Positions 28,215-37,002 of a DNA stretch of 43,329 nt are shown here, in pieces. The notes beneath the pieces were generated by a model that was not told the origin of the DNA, ran no database searches, and was given only the letters and a program-made list of their open reading frames with translations. The stretch spans positions 1-43,329 of the IMG/VR virus record IMGVR_UViG_3300037307_000335. One strand, given 5' to 3'. The first letter of the stretch is position 1; each line of letters starts with the position of its first letter. This DNA comes from a virus. Its lineage: Duplodnaviria > Caudoviricetes. The position numbers and the translations under genes are program-made.

Positions 28215-29102
28215 ATGGACAACGAGATTAAAATACCAGAAACTGTCAATTCGCGTCGAGGTCCGTCAAAACAAAGACACCCAAACCAAGACGTGAAACC
28301 AATTACTAATACTATTAGCAGCAGGCAAGAAGGAAATTCTAAATTCGAACCTGCTGCTATTCCTATCGAATTACCTTCGCATGGAAAACTTTATAAAAAC
28401 ATATCAGAAGATGCTGACATCCAAAATGGTGTTATAAAAATACGCCAGATGACGATGAGAGAAGAAAAAATATTAACAACAGATCGTTTTATTCAAAACG
28501 GAAAAGCTCTTGATATGATTTTAGAAAATTGCATAAAATCACCAATAAACCCATTGGATTTATTATCTGGAGATAGATTATATATTTTATTCTATCTAAG
28601 AGGAATGTCTTATGGGTTAGATTATGATTTTAATGTAAGATGTTATCATTGCCAGCACGACTTTATCCAAACAGTAACCGTAGATTCTCTCCCAATAAAG
28701 GAATGGGAAGATGACGTGGAAGAGCCTTTTGAATTTACTTTACCAATTAGCAAATACAATGTAAAGATGCATTTCATGAGAGGTAGTGAAGAAAATAAAT
28801 TACTACAATCATCTAGAGAAATGAAAGGCTTTAATGAGCCAGATAATACAGCATTAGAATCTATACTTCTTTTAGTAGATGAAATATCTGACCCAGATGG
28901 TAATAAATTAAACAAATTTGACAAAGAAGATTTCCTTAATAATTTAGTTACTGGGGATACAGAAACAATAAGAGAAGAACTCGAAAAAAGAGATTGTGGA
29001 ATACAACCTATAAAAAATGTATTTTGTCCCAAATGCAATAGACAACTAGAATTTAATGTCCCACTAGGGAGAAATTTTTTTCGTTCAAGAGGACGCGGCT
29101 AG
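28215..29102 (+). CDS. gp26: Baseplate hub/tail assembly protein (T4 gp26-like)
   Basis: IELPSHG, MTMREEKIL, DRLYILFYLRGMSYG, two CxxC, C-terminal NFF. Confidence 0.8.
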   Translation: MDNEIKIPETVNSRRGPSKQRHPNQDVKPITNTISSRQEGNSKFEPAAIPIELPSHGKLYKNISEDADIQNGVIKIRQMTMREEKILTTDRFIQNGKALDMILENCIKSPINPLDLLSGDRLYILFYLRGMSYGLDYDFNVRCYHCQHDFIQTVTVDSLPIKEWEDDVEEPFEFTLPISKYNVKMHFMRGSEENKLLQSSREMKGFNEPDNTALESILLLVDEISDPDGNKLNKFDKEDFLNNLVTGDTETIREELEKRDCGIQPIKNVFCPKCNRQLEFNVPLGRNFFRSRGRG

Positions 29103-29124
29103 AAATCAATCAAACTATAAAAGT

Positions 29125-29391
29125 TTGATTGAAGAACAAGTGAGAATTGCTTACGTTACTGGTGCAGGAATATCAGTTAGCGAAACTGAATCTATGACTA
29201 CTGAAGATAGAAAATTAGTCGTAGAAGTTTTAAAACAAATAAAAGAAGAAGAAAAAGAGGAGATGAAGAAAAACCAATCAAAGGGTCCTTCAAATCCACC
29301 GCCGCAAATTCCTCCTAATTTAAAAGCTAGTAGTAAGTCTTCTTTTCCACCAAAGATTCCAAACATACCAAGAGGTAATTTTAGAAGGTAG
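29125..29391 (+). CDS. Small gp51-like/tail chaperone C-terminal ORF, possibly expressed by frameshift
   Basis: TTG start without SD; frame open from 29068, overlapping the end of the gp26-like gene. Confidence 0.55.
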   Translation: MIEEQVRIAYVTGAGISVSETESMTTEDRKLVVEVLKQIKEEEKEEMKKNQSKGPSNPPPQIPPNLKASSKSSFPPKIPNIPRGNFRR

Positions 29392-29417
29392 CTATTATCT
29401 AAATGGCTACCTTTTTT
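29385..29417 (+). terminator. Rho-independent terminator ending tail operon
   Basis: AAGGTAGCTATT / AATGGCTACCTT plus T run. Confidence 0.8.
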
Positions 29418-29440
29418 ATTGCGTTGCATATATAAACTAT

Positions 29441-30490
29441 ATGAAAATAATTGTTTATTCCGATTTGCATTTGTATAACCATCATAAATTATTAATTAAT
29501 TCTGAAACTGCTTTATCATTTTTGTCATATATAAAAAACTTCGCATTAAAAAATAATATCAATACTATAATATCACTAGGAGATTTCTTCCATACAAAAT
29601 CTAGAGCATATGCTCCTCATGTAGTTCAAGCTCTATTAAAAATAAAAGACATGTATAAAGAAAACATAATGAACTACATGTTAATCGGAAATCATGATAT
29701 GTCTAATCCAAGTAATACAATGAACTCAATATTGTTTACTTTTAGTGATTACGCAAAAATAATACCAGATTATATATTTGTCGATGAAGGAGATACAAGA
29801 TTACATTTTCTAAGTTATTCGAATTCAAGATTTGACGAATATATATTATCAGAAGACAAGAAGAATGTATTGTTTGGGCACTTAGATATTTTAGGGTTTA
29901 CAATGTCTAATGGAATAGAATGCAAAAGCGGTTACGATCCAGAAACATTAAAAGAAAAATTTGATCTAGTTATTTCTGGTCATTATCATCAGTTCCAAGT
30001 AAAAAATAATATAGTTTATGTAGGTAGCTCATTCCAAACAAATTTTGGCGAAAGAAACCAATCTCATGGATTTATTGTCTTAGATACTGATACTTTAATA
30101 TATGAATTTGTTGAATATGACAAATCACCAAAATATATTGTTGAAGAAATAAAAGAAATAAACGATATAGATAAAATGAATGTCAACAATTCATTTCTGA
30201 GACTAAAACTTAAAAACAATAAAATAAACAAACAAAAATTGAAAGAAAAACTAATAGAACTTGGGGCGTTAAGTGTAGAAATAATACCACCAGAAGAAGT
30301 AAAGGAAATAGAAAAATACTATAAAGATGTACTAAGCGATAATCCAGAAGAAATAGCAGCAGCTTATTTAGACAACTTAAAGAATTTAAATGGTTTCGAT
30401 CTACACAAGTTAATGAAACATTTCAGAAAGATTGAAGAAGTATCTAATAAAATATCAGACTATGAAATAGAAGAATTTGGAGAAGAATAA
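29441..30490 (+). CDS. gp47: Mre11/SbcD-like recombination nuclease (T4 gp47-like)
   Basis: SDLH, LGDFFH, IGNHD, FGH, SGHYH, YVGS metallophosphoesterase motifs. Confidence 0.93.
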   Translation: MKIIVYSDLHLYNHHKLLINSETALSFLSYIKNFALKNNINTIISLGDFFHTKSRAYAPHVVQALLKIKDMYKENIMNYMLIGNHDMSNPSNTMNSILFTFSDYAKIIPDYIFVDEGDTRLHFLSYSNSRFDEYILSEDKKNVLFGHLDILGFTMSNGIECKSGYDPETLKEKFDLVISGHYHQFQVKNNIVYVGSSFQTNFGERNQSHGFIVLDTDTLIYEFVEYDKSPKYIVEEIKEINDIDKMNVNNSFLRLKLKNNKINKQKLKEKLIELGALSVEIIPPEEVKEIEKYYKDVLSDNPEEIAAAYLDNLKNLNGFDLHKLMKHFRKIEEVSNKISDYEIEEFGEE

Positions 30491-31117
30491 ATGAATCCCC
30501 TCACAACAGCAAGAAACAAATATCACGAAAATAGAAAAGACTCTTCTATTTATACACCTTTGCTATTGAGTAAATTTATATTTGACACAATAGTCTATAA
30601 ATATAAAAAAATAAAAATAGTTGTAGATCCAGCCTGTGGATCTGGTAATTTGTTGAAGTGGTGGTCAGAGTATGGGTGTAACTGTTTTGGTTTTGATATA
30701 AAAGATGATATGCAAAGAGATACTAGAATTATCTTTCAAGAGCAAGATTTTCTATCATTAAGAGAAGTAAACATAGATCCAGATTTAGTAATTGTTAACC
30801 CTCCATTTAATAACGACTTTAAAGGAACTAAAAAAGGTAAAAAGCTACTACCAGAATTGTTCTTAAATAAAATATGGAATCTGTATGGTAAAGAAATCCC
30901 ATGTGTATGTTTTTGTCCAATGGGTCTAAGATTAAATCAAAGAACATTCTCTTCTAGGTGGAAAATGATGAGAGACGATTGGCCTTGTATAACTTCTGTG
31001 ATTAGTTTACCTTTAAACATATTTCCAAATGTAGAATTTCATAATGAGGTATTGATATTCAATTTACCAGAACTAAAACCTCATTATTTTTTACCGGAGG
31101 AATATATTGAAATTTAA
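30491..31117 (+). CDS. Amino (probably N6-adenine) DNA methyltransferase
   Basis: IYTP, VDPACGSGNL (SAM binding), VNPPF (catalytic). Confidence 0.88.
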   Translation: MNPLTTARNKYHENRKDSSIYTPLLLSKFIFDTIVYKYKKIKIVVDPACGSGNLLKWWSEYGCNCFGFDIKDDMQRDTRIIFQEQDFLSLREVNIDPDLVIVNPPFNNDFKGTKKGKKLLPELFLNKIWNLYGKEIPCVCFCPMGLRLNQRTFSSRWKMMRDDWPCITSVISLPLNIFPNVEFHNEVLIFNLPELKPHYFLPEEYIEI

Positions 31118-32927
31118 TTATATAAACTTTAAAAACTTTCTAAGCTTTGGAGATGAAACACAAAGTGTAGACTTGAGCAAAGAAGGAATAATATTAGTAA
31201 TAGGTAAAAATTTAAGGGATGGTGGTTCTAATGGTGCAGGTAAGTCTACTTGCATAGTAGACACTATCACATATGCATTGTATGGTAAGACTACTAAAAA
31301 GCTAAATGCTGAAGATATAATAAACAACATCAATAAAAAAGATTGCTATGTAGAATTAAGTTTTACGATAAACAAAGATGAATATTTAATTAGAAGGTAT
31401 AGATCACACTCAGATTTTGGGAATTTACTAACTGTTCACAAAAATGGGAACAATATATCATTAGAAAAAGCAAAAGATACACAATCTCTTTTAGAATCAA
31501 TCATAAAAATAAATTATCAGTCGTTTGTATCGTCAATTGTTTTAAGCCAAGAAAAGATATCTAACTTTGCAGAATCAGATGAGACAGATAGAAAAAAAGT
31601 AATTGAAAATTTATTGATGTATGATTTTATTTCTAAATATCATAAAACTTCAAAAGTAATGATAAGGAGATTAAGACCAACCTTAGAGGCAGAAAAATCA
31701 AAATTAAAAAATAAGAAAGAAACTATTGAAGCTCTTACAAAGAATCTCTTCAGTTATATAGAAAACTTTGAAAAGAAAGAAGAACAAAAAGAATCTAGAC
31801 GAAACGAAATAAAATTAAAACTAAAAGAATATAAAAGTATTGATGTTGAAAAAGAACTTGATATAAGAAACAAAGTACAAAATCTAAAAAATAAAAAATC
31901 TTCATTAGAGGGCGATATTGAATCTTTAGAAGAATCAATAGAAAACAACAATGGAAGACTGTCAAAACTAAAAAATAAAATATCACAAAAAGAAGAAGAA
32001 CTATCAGAGATAGAAGAGAATCCTGATAAGTGTCCAGTTTGTGGTACAATAAAAAAAGATTCAGATAATATAAAGAAATTTATCAAATCAAAAAAAGATG
32101 AAATCGATGAAATAAAAAATAGTATAAGAGATATAACAAACAAAAACGAAGACTCTAAAATTAAACTAAAAGAATGTAAAGGTGATCTTACAAAATTAAA
32201 CGAAGAAATAAAGAGAACGTCCTCGTCAGTTAATATAAATTTTACTGATAAAGAAATTAGCGACATACAAGATTTCGCAAAAGATTTAGAATCAGAACTC
32301 AAACTTCTTAATGGAGTAGTTAATATAGAAGAAGATGAATTCATAATCAAATCAAAAGATCAAATAAGATTAGCAAAAGAAGAAGCTAAAAAAACTAACA
32401 AAAAAATAAAAAGGATGAATGAAGAGTATTCACATTTAATGTGGTGGAGAGAGGCATTAGGTAATTCGCAAGACAGCTTAAAATCTTTTTGCATAAATTA
32501 TATATTGCAATCTTTAAATAAATATATTAACTATTACTTGAAATTTTTCAATTTCGACATTGAGTATAAATTGAATGAAGAGTTGAAAGATACTATTTTT
32601 AAAAATGGTATTGAGTACAAATTCAACCAACTAAGTGGTGGGGAAAAAAGATCGGTTGAAATAAGTTTAGTATTTGCTTTATATGAAGTAGTAAGATTGA
32701 AAATGCAAGACAAAATAAATGTAATAGTATTAGACGAGCTCCTTTCATGGAGACTAGACGATGTAAGGATAGATTCTATTATGGAAATATTATCCGAATT
32801 AGAATCAAGGAATCTTTTAGTATTTGTCATAGATCATAAAAATTCAATGAGAGAAAATTTAACTTGCAAAACTATGACGATAATAAAAGATAAGAATGAG
32901 TTTTCATCAATAGAAATTACCAATTAA
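31107..32927 (+). CDS. gp46: Rad50/SbcC-like ATPase (T4 gp46-like)
   Basis: KNFLSFG, SNGAGKST, coiled coil with CPVC hook, LSGGEK, VLDE; TTG start with GGAGG. Confidence 0.95.
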   Translation: MKFNYINFKNFLSFGDETQSVDLSKEGIILVIGKNLRDGGSNGAGKSTCIVDTITYALYGKTTKKLNAEDIINNINKKDCYVELSFTINKDEYLIRRYRSHSDFGNLLTVHKNGNNISLEKAKDTQSLLESIIKINYQSFVSSIVLSQEKISNFAESDETDRKKVIENLLMYDFISKYHKTSKVMIRRLRPTLEAEKSKLKNKKETIEALTKNLFSYIENFEKKEEQKESRRNEIKLKLKEYKSIDVEKELDIRNKVQNLKNKKSSLEGDIESLEESIENNNGRLSKLKNKISQKEEELSEIEENPDKCPVCGTIKKDSDNIKKFIKSKKDEIDEIKNSIRDITNKNEDSKIKLKECKGDLTKLNEEIKRTSSSVNINFTDKEISDIQDFAKDLESELKLLNGVVNIEEDEFIIKSKDQIRLAKEEAKKTNKKIKRMNEEYSHLMWWREALGNSQDSLKSFCINYILQSLNKYINYYLKFFNFDIEYKLNEELKDTIFKNGIEYKFNQLSGGEKRSVEISLVFALYEVVRLKMQDKINVIVLDELLSWRLDDVRIDSIMEILSELESRNLLVFVIDHKNSMRENLTCKTMTIIKDKNEFSSIEITN

Positions 32928-32940
32928 GAAAGATAAACAC

Positions 32941-33414
32941 ATGGAAGAAAAAACAGTAATGACAATGATATGGTCAGATAGCATTATCTGTCTTGCAACT
33001 TCTCTTCTTAAAGATGGCTGGCTTAAAAATAAAAAAGGAGTTTTCTTTAAAAGGAGAAATCATTATGATATTACAGTAGAAAACGTTGGTCATCCATTGT
33101 GGCAAATAACAATATCTCCAAAAACAGAATACTATGATGATAGAGATTGGAAGCTCAAAAAAGATCTAAAGTCTTTAGATAATATTGGTAAACCACGAGC
33201 AAAAAAATTATATATAAATGAAGACAACATAAGAGAGATAAAATATCTCCTATACAAAATGCAAGAAGGAAACTTTAATTTATTATATGATGAAAATTAT
33301 ATAATATTTCAAGATAAGGAAGAGAATGTGAATATATTTAAAATAGCAGCGAAAGCGCCACTCAAATACAGAAAAGATGGTTGGTTTATAGGCAATAAAA
33401 AGATATTCGAGTAA
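32941..33414 (+). CDS. Hypothetical protein (possibly leaderless)
   Basis: AAAGATAA-N4-ATG start. Confidence 0.6.
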   Translation: MEEKTVMTMIWSDSIICLATSLLKDGWLKNKKGVFFKRRNHYDITVENVGHPLWQITISPKTEYYDDRDWKLKKDLKSLDNIGKPRAKKLYINEDNIREIKYLLYKMQEGNFNLLYDENYIIFQDKEENVNIFKIAAKAPLKYRKDGWFIGNKKIFE

Positions 33415-33424
33415 AGATAATTAT

Positions 33425-33829
33425 ATGGAATTTAGAATAGGAAAGAAAATACAACTTAAGCAAGAGTTTGTAAACAGATTTAAAAATCCCCCAAGCACTC
33501 CACACTTTGTTATAGTTGCGTCAGTAGACGATGCAATCTCAATTAAATCAGAGTCGGATTTTAACAAGACTTATACAATAAGAATGTATGATATAATAGA
33601 AAATTATGTAAAAGAAGTTAAAACTTCTACTCAAGATCATATAAGAAATATTCCAATTGAAACTCCAATTAAAGAACCAGTAATAGAGAAAATAGATGTG
33701 ACAACAGCAGTTGAATCTGCTAAAATCAATTTAAAAGGTTTTGCTTATACAAAAAAAGAAGACAAAGTTGTAACACCTAATGTAGTAACACCTGTTGTAG
33801 ATGATCCATTTGCAGATTTATACAAATGA
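33425..33829 (+). CDS. Hypothetical protein (possibly leaderless)
   Basis: AAAGATAA-N4-ATG start. Confidence 0.6.
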   Translation: MEFRIGKKIQLKQEFVNRFKNPPSTPHFVIVASVDDAISIKSESDFNKTYTIRMYDIIENYVKEVKTSTQDHIRNIPIETPIKEPVIEKIDVTTAVESAKINLKGFAYTKKEDKVVTPNVVTPVVDDPFADLYK

Positions 33830-34152
33830 AAAATAAAGGTTTCCCAAAAATAAAAGAAATTATGAATGATATAAAAACAAATTATGAATCTATTATAAGT
33901 AGGCAAACAAACGCCTCCATAGAAAAAGATTACGAAATACTTATTAAGAAAATAGTTGATAGCGTAGAAAATAAAAAGAAACTAGACGAAGAAGCATATA
34001 ATGAATTGACAACTAAATATCCAAAAATAAAGCAAATTGTAGACGATATGATAGAACAGATAAAAATATTTTCAATTTACGACGACGATATAAAAAACAT
34101 CAATTTCAACTATTCCGAATATCTTACCAAGATTTCTGCTATTTTAGCATAA
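33826..34152 (+). CDS. Hypothetical protein
   Basis: ATGA overlap with upstream stop. Confidence 0.55.
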   Translation: MKNKGFPKIKEIMNDIKTNYESIISRQTNASIEKDYEILIKKIVDSVENKKKLDEEAYNELTTKYPKIKQIVDDMIEQIKIFSIYDDDIKNINFNYSEYLTKISAILA

Positions 34153-34186
34153 ATAACTATAACAATTTTTATTTAAAGGAGAACAT

Positions 34187-35338
34187 ATGTCACATGAATT
34201 GTCAGAATTAGAAAAGAGCTTGTTGACTAATATAAACAAAAAATTTGGTAAAGAAAACCCTATGGAGCAATTAACAGAAGATTCGCTATACGGCAAGCCA
34301 AGAGGATGGATAGATACTGGAATTTATTCTTTGAATTGGTTAATATCTGGAGAGTTAAAGAACGGTTATCCAGTTGGTAGAATAACAGAATTCGACGGAG
34401 ATCCAAGTACTGGTAAATCTCTTTTATGTGAAATGGCAATAAAAGATCCAAATCTTGGAATAGTAATATATTTCGACACTGAATCAGCGTTAAATAGAGA
34501 CTTCTTAAAATTTTTAGGAATAGCTCCAGAAAGAATAATGTATCAGCCAATTGATACAATCGAACAGCTTATACAAGCAATGAATGAAGTATTAACAACA
34601 ATTATTGCAAACAAGAGCGATAAAAGAGTCTTAATCATAATAGATTCTATTGCTATGGCTTCTACTACAAAAGAAATGAATCCAGAAGGTGGCCAAGACA
34701 TGGGATATAAAGCCAGAGAAATAAGAAAGTTCTTTAGAGTATATTCCAGGAAGATCGAGAAGCATAACATTGCAGTATTAGTAACAAACCACTATACAGC
34801 AACAATTGGTAATATGTATGGGCCAAAGAAAGTTACAACAGGTGGAACTGGTCTACGATATGCTGCATCAGTTGCGGTAGATTTAAAAGTACAAGAGCTT
34901 ACAATTGACAAAAAGATTGAAAGTCTTGGAGCAAGCTCTGTAACAATAAGAGCATCATCAACAAAGAATAGATGTTTTAGCCCAAGAAGAAAAATAGACT
35001 TCATCTTAGACTTTGAAAGAGGAGTTAACAGATATAGTGGGCTACTTAAAATCTTATTAGACTATAAGATTTGTGAAAAGAATGGTGGCTGGTATAATTT
35101 TATCGGAGAAGAAGAAAAATTTTACGCAAAAGACTTTTCAAAGATTGTTGAAGGCAAGAATTTACTTGAAACCATACAAGAAAAATTAAATTCCGCTGTA
35201 AAAAGCATAGCAACAGAAGAGACAAATAATGAAATAGAGTCTGATGTAATAGACGAATTAGAAGAAAGAGAAAACACAGACGGAGAAGATTTTGATAATG
35301 AAGAAGTGGCACCCAAAAAGAAAAAGAGGAGAAAATAA
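34187..35338 (+). CDS. uvsX: RecA/UvsX-like recombinase
   Basis: IDTGIYSLN, GRITE, GDPSTGKS, FDTESA, IIIDSIA, TGGTGLRYAAS motifs. Confidence 0.95.
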   Translation: MSHELSELEKSLLTNINKKFGKENPMEQLTEDSLYGKPRGWIDTGIYSLNWLISGELKNGYPVGRITEFDGDPSTGKSLLCEMAIKDPNLGIVIYFDTESALNRDFLKFLGIAPERIMYQPIDTIEQLIQAMNEVLTTIIANKSDKRVLIIIDSIAMASTTKEMNPEGGQDMGYKAREIRKFFRVYSRKIEKHNIAVLVTNHYTATIGNMYGPKKVTTGGTGLRYAASVAVDLKVQELTIDKKIESLGASSVTIRASSTKNRCFSPRRKIDFILDFERGVNRYSGLLKILLDYKICEKNGGWYNFIGEEEKFYAKDFSKIVEGKNLLETIQEKLNSAVKSIATEETNNEIESDVIDELEERENTDGEDFDNEEVAPKKKKRRK

Positions 35339-35493
35339 TGGAAATTATTTCAATTATAATTGGAATAATTTTAATTCTTGCATCTTTACAACTATTAAGA
35401 TATCTTCATTATAAAAGTCTGAATGAGGAGATTAAATATAATGAAATCCAAAGAAGAGTCAAAGAAGAGCAAAGAATTAATAGAGAAGTTTAA
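35338..35493 (+). CDS. Small single-TM protein (51 aa, not in ORF track)
   Basis: TAATG-coupled; MEIISIIIGIILILASLQLL hydrophobic N-terminus; upstream GAGGAG. Confidence 0.5.
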   Translation: MEIISIIIGIILILASLQLLRYLHYKSLNEEIKYNEIQRRVKEEQRINREV

Positions 35494-35608
35494 CTCTGAG
35501 CCAGATAACACAGGATCAATGAAGCTAGCTTTACAAACTGTATTAAGGCTAGTTGGAGAAGAGATAGACAGATTAGACCAATTAATTAAATCTTTGAAGA
35601 AGGAGTAA
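35441..35608 (+). CDS. Small hypothetical protein
   Basis: ATG 35441 preceded by GAGGAG. Confidence 0.5.
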   Translation: MKSKEESKKSKELIEKFNSEPDNTGSMKLALQTVLRLVGEEIDRLDQLIKSLKKE

Positions 35609-35612
35609 TAGA

Positions 35613-36002
35613 ATGGCAGAATATAATGAGTACGAAGCTTCTCTGAGAAGTGTTTCAAACGAATTCATAGCTTCTAGAATAGGTAAAGGAGATACAGCAC
35701 ATGTATTGATGTTCAGTTTACTTTCTGTTCTTTTTGGAAAGAAAAAAATAACTGAAACAGATTTAGATACTATTTTAGAAACAGAATATGGGTATTTATT
35801 GAGTGACTTAAAAGAATACCTAAAAGCAACGATGGGTGATCCAACATCTAAAATAAAAAATGATCAAGAATTTCAATTTGTTTCAAAAATGTGCGAAGAA
35901 TATTGGGATGACTATAAAAAACAAGTTGTAAATACTTCTAATCTTGTCAAGAAAGAAAGAAAAAAAAGAAAAGGAGATAACAATGAACCAACCAGCAATT
36001 AA
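35613..36002 (+). CDS. Hypothetical protein
   Basis: SD AAGGAG. Confidence 0.6.
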   Translation: MAEYNEYEASLRSVSNEFIASRIGKGDTAHVLMFSLLSVLFGKKKITETDLDTILETEYGYLLSDLKEYLKATMGDPTSKIKNDQEFQFVSKMCEEYWDDYKKQVVNTSNLVKKERKKRKGDNNEPTSN

Positions 36003-36261
36003 AGTCACGCAAAATTCTATAGGACTATCTGAGTTATTAGCTGTGACATTGATAGTTCTTAAAGCTTTTGACAAAATTGACATGCCTTGGTTCTGGGTAA
36101 TAACCTCTATCATTTGGATACCAATCTCTATAGTATTAGTTTTATTGATCATCTTCTTGGGGATCCCAGCATTGTTTATAGCATTAGCATCTGTAGCATC
36201 TTCTATAAAAGATAAGCTTGAAATTTCTTCAAGAAGAAAGGGAGATAAAAAACTAAGATAA
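35983..36261 (+). CDS. Small two-TM membrane protein
   Basis: ATG 35983 after AAGGAG; IGLSELLAVTLIVLKAFDKIDMPWFWV pattern typical of a widespread phage membrane family. Confidence 0.65.
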   Translation: MNQPAIKVTQNSIGLSELLAVTLIVLKAFDKIDMPWFWVITSIIWIPISIVLVLLIIFLGIPALFIALASVASSIKDKLEISSRRKGDKKLR

Positions 36262-36265
36262 CTTC

Positions 36266-36511
36266 ATGGATGATGCTATAAGGCTCACATGTAACAAATG
36301 TGGAAATGAAATTACTCTTAAAATTAAAGATTTAGCTAGATTAAAAGAAGAAAACTTTCTACTTAAAGAAACATTATCTATTATAGACTATAACACATTC
36401 GTCTTAAAACTAGAAAATAAAAGACTAAAGGCTTTATGTGATATGAGTCTGGGAAAAGATCAAGTAAAAGAAATCCTCAAAAATAATTTTATTATGACAG
36501 GAGGGATATGA
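36266..36511 (+). CDS. CxxC plus coiled-coil small protein, paralog 1
   Basis: IRLTCNKCGN then heptad-like region. Confidence 0.55.
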   Translation: MDDAIRLTCNKCGNEITLKIKDLARLKEENFLLKETLSIIDYNTFVLKLENKRLKALCDMSLGKDQVKEILKNNFIMTGGI

Positions 36512-36723
36512 TAAACAATATAATAGAAATAAAATGCACTAAATGCAATAATTTAACAAAAATCAAAGTTAATACGATATCAAATTTAGAAAACAGAATA
36601 ACATTTTTAGAAGACGAAGTAAAAAGACTGAACGAAGAAAATAGTAGCTTAAGGATGATCTACAAGATGTCTAAAGGAAATTACGATGGCATATTTGATA
36701 TGTTTAAAGATAAGGATTACTGA
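36508..36723 (+). CDS. CxxC plus coiled-coil small protein, paralog 2
   Basis: IEIKCTKCNN then heptad-like region; ATGA overlap, GGAGG SD. Confidence 0.55.
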   Translation: MINNIIEIKCTKCNNLTKIKVNTISNLENRITFLEDEVKRLNEENSSLRMIYKMSKGNYDGIFDMFKDKDY

Positions 36724-36738
36724 TGATAAGGAGACAAT

Positions 36739-37002
36739 ATGAAGATAACAAATTTTATTTACACAAAAAAGAAAGACGATAAGACTGATAAATACCAAGT
36801 CTTAGTTTTACATGAGACAGATGAATACATCGAAGGCATTAATTTAACTGAGCTTGAACCAGAAGTTATTTTAGAAATTTTTGAGATACAGAAAGAGTAC
36901 GAAAAGAAAATCAATTCTTTCGTGAAAAATAATTATAGGAAATTCTTAAAATCTAATATAAAAAGCTTCATGGATAGCAATGTTAATTCTAATAAAAAAT
37001 AA
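36739..37002 (+). CDS. Hypothetical protein
   Basis: SD AAGGAG. Confidence 0.6.
   Translation: MKITNFIYTKKKDDKTDKYQVLVLHETDEYIEGINLTELEPEVILEIFEIQKEYEKKINSFVKNNYRKFLKSNIKSFMDSNVNSNKK

Noticed and set aside
28152-29440. Tape measure gene expected after the tail tube
   Set aside because: No long helical ORF here; it probably lies elsewhere in the genome, which is not unusual for large T4-like phages.
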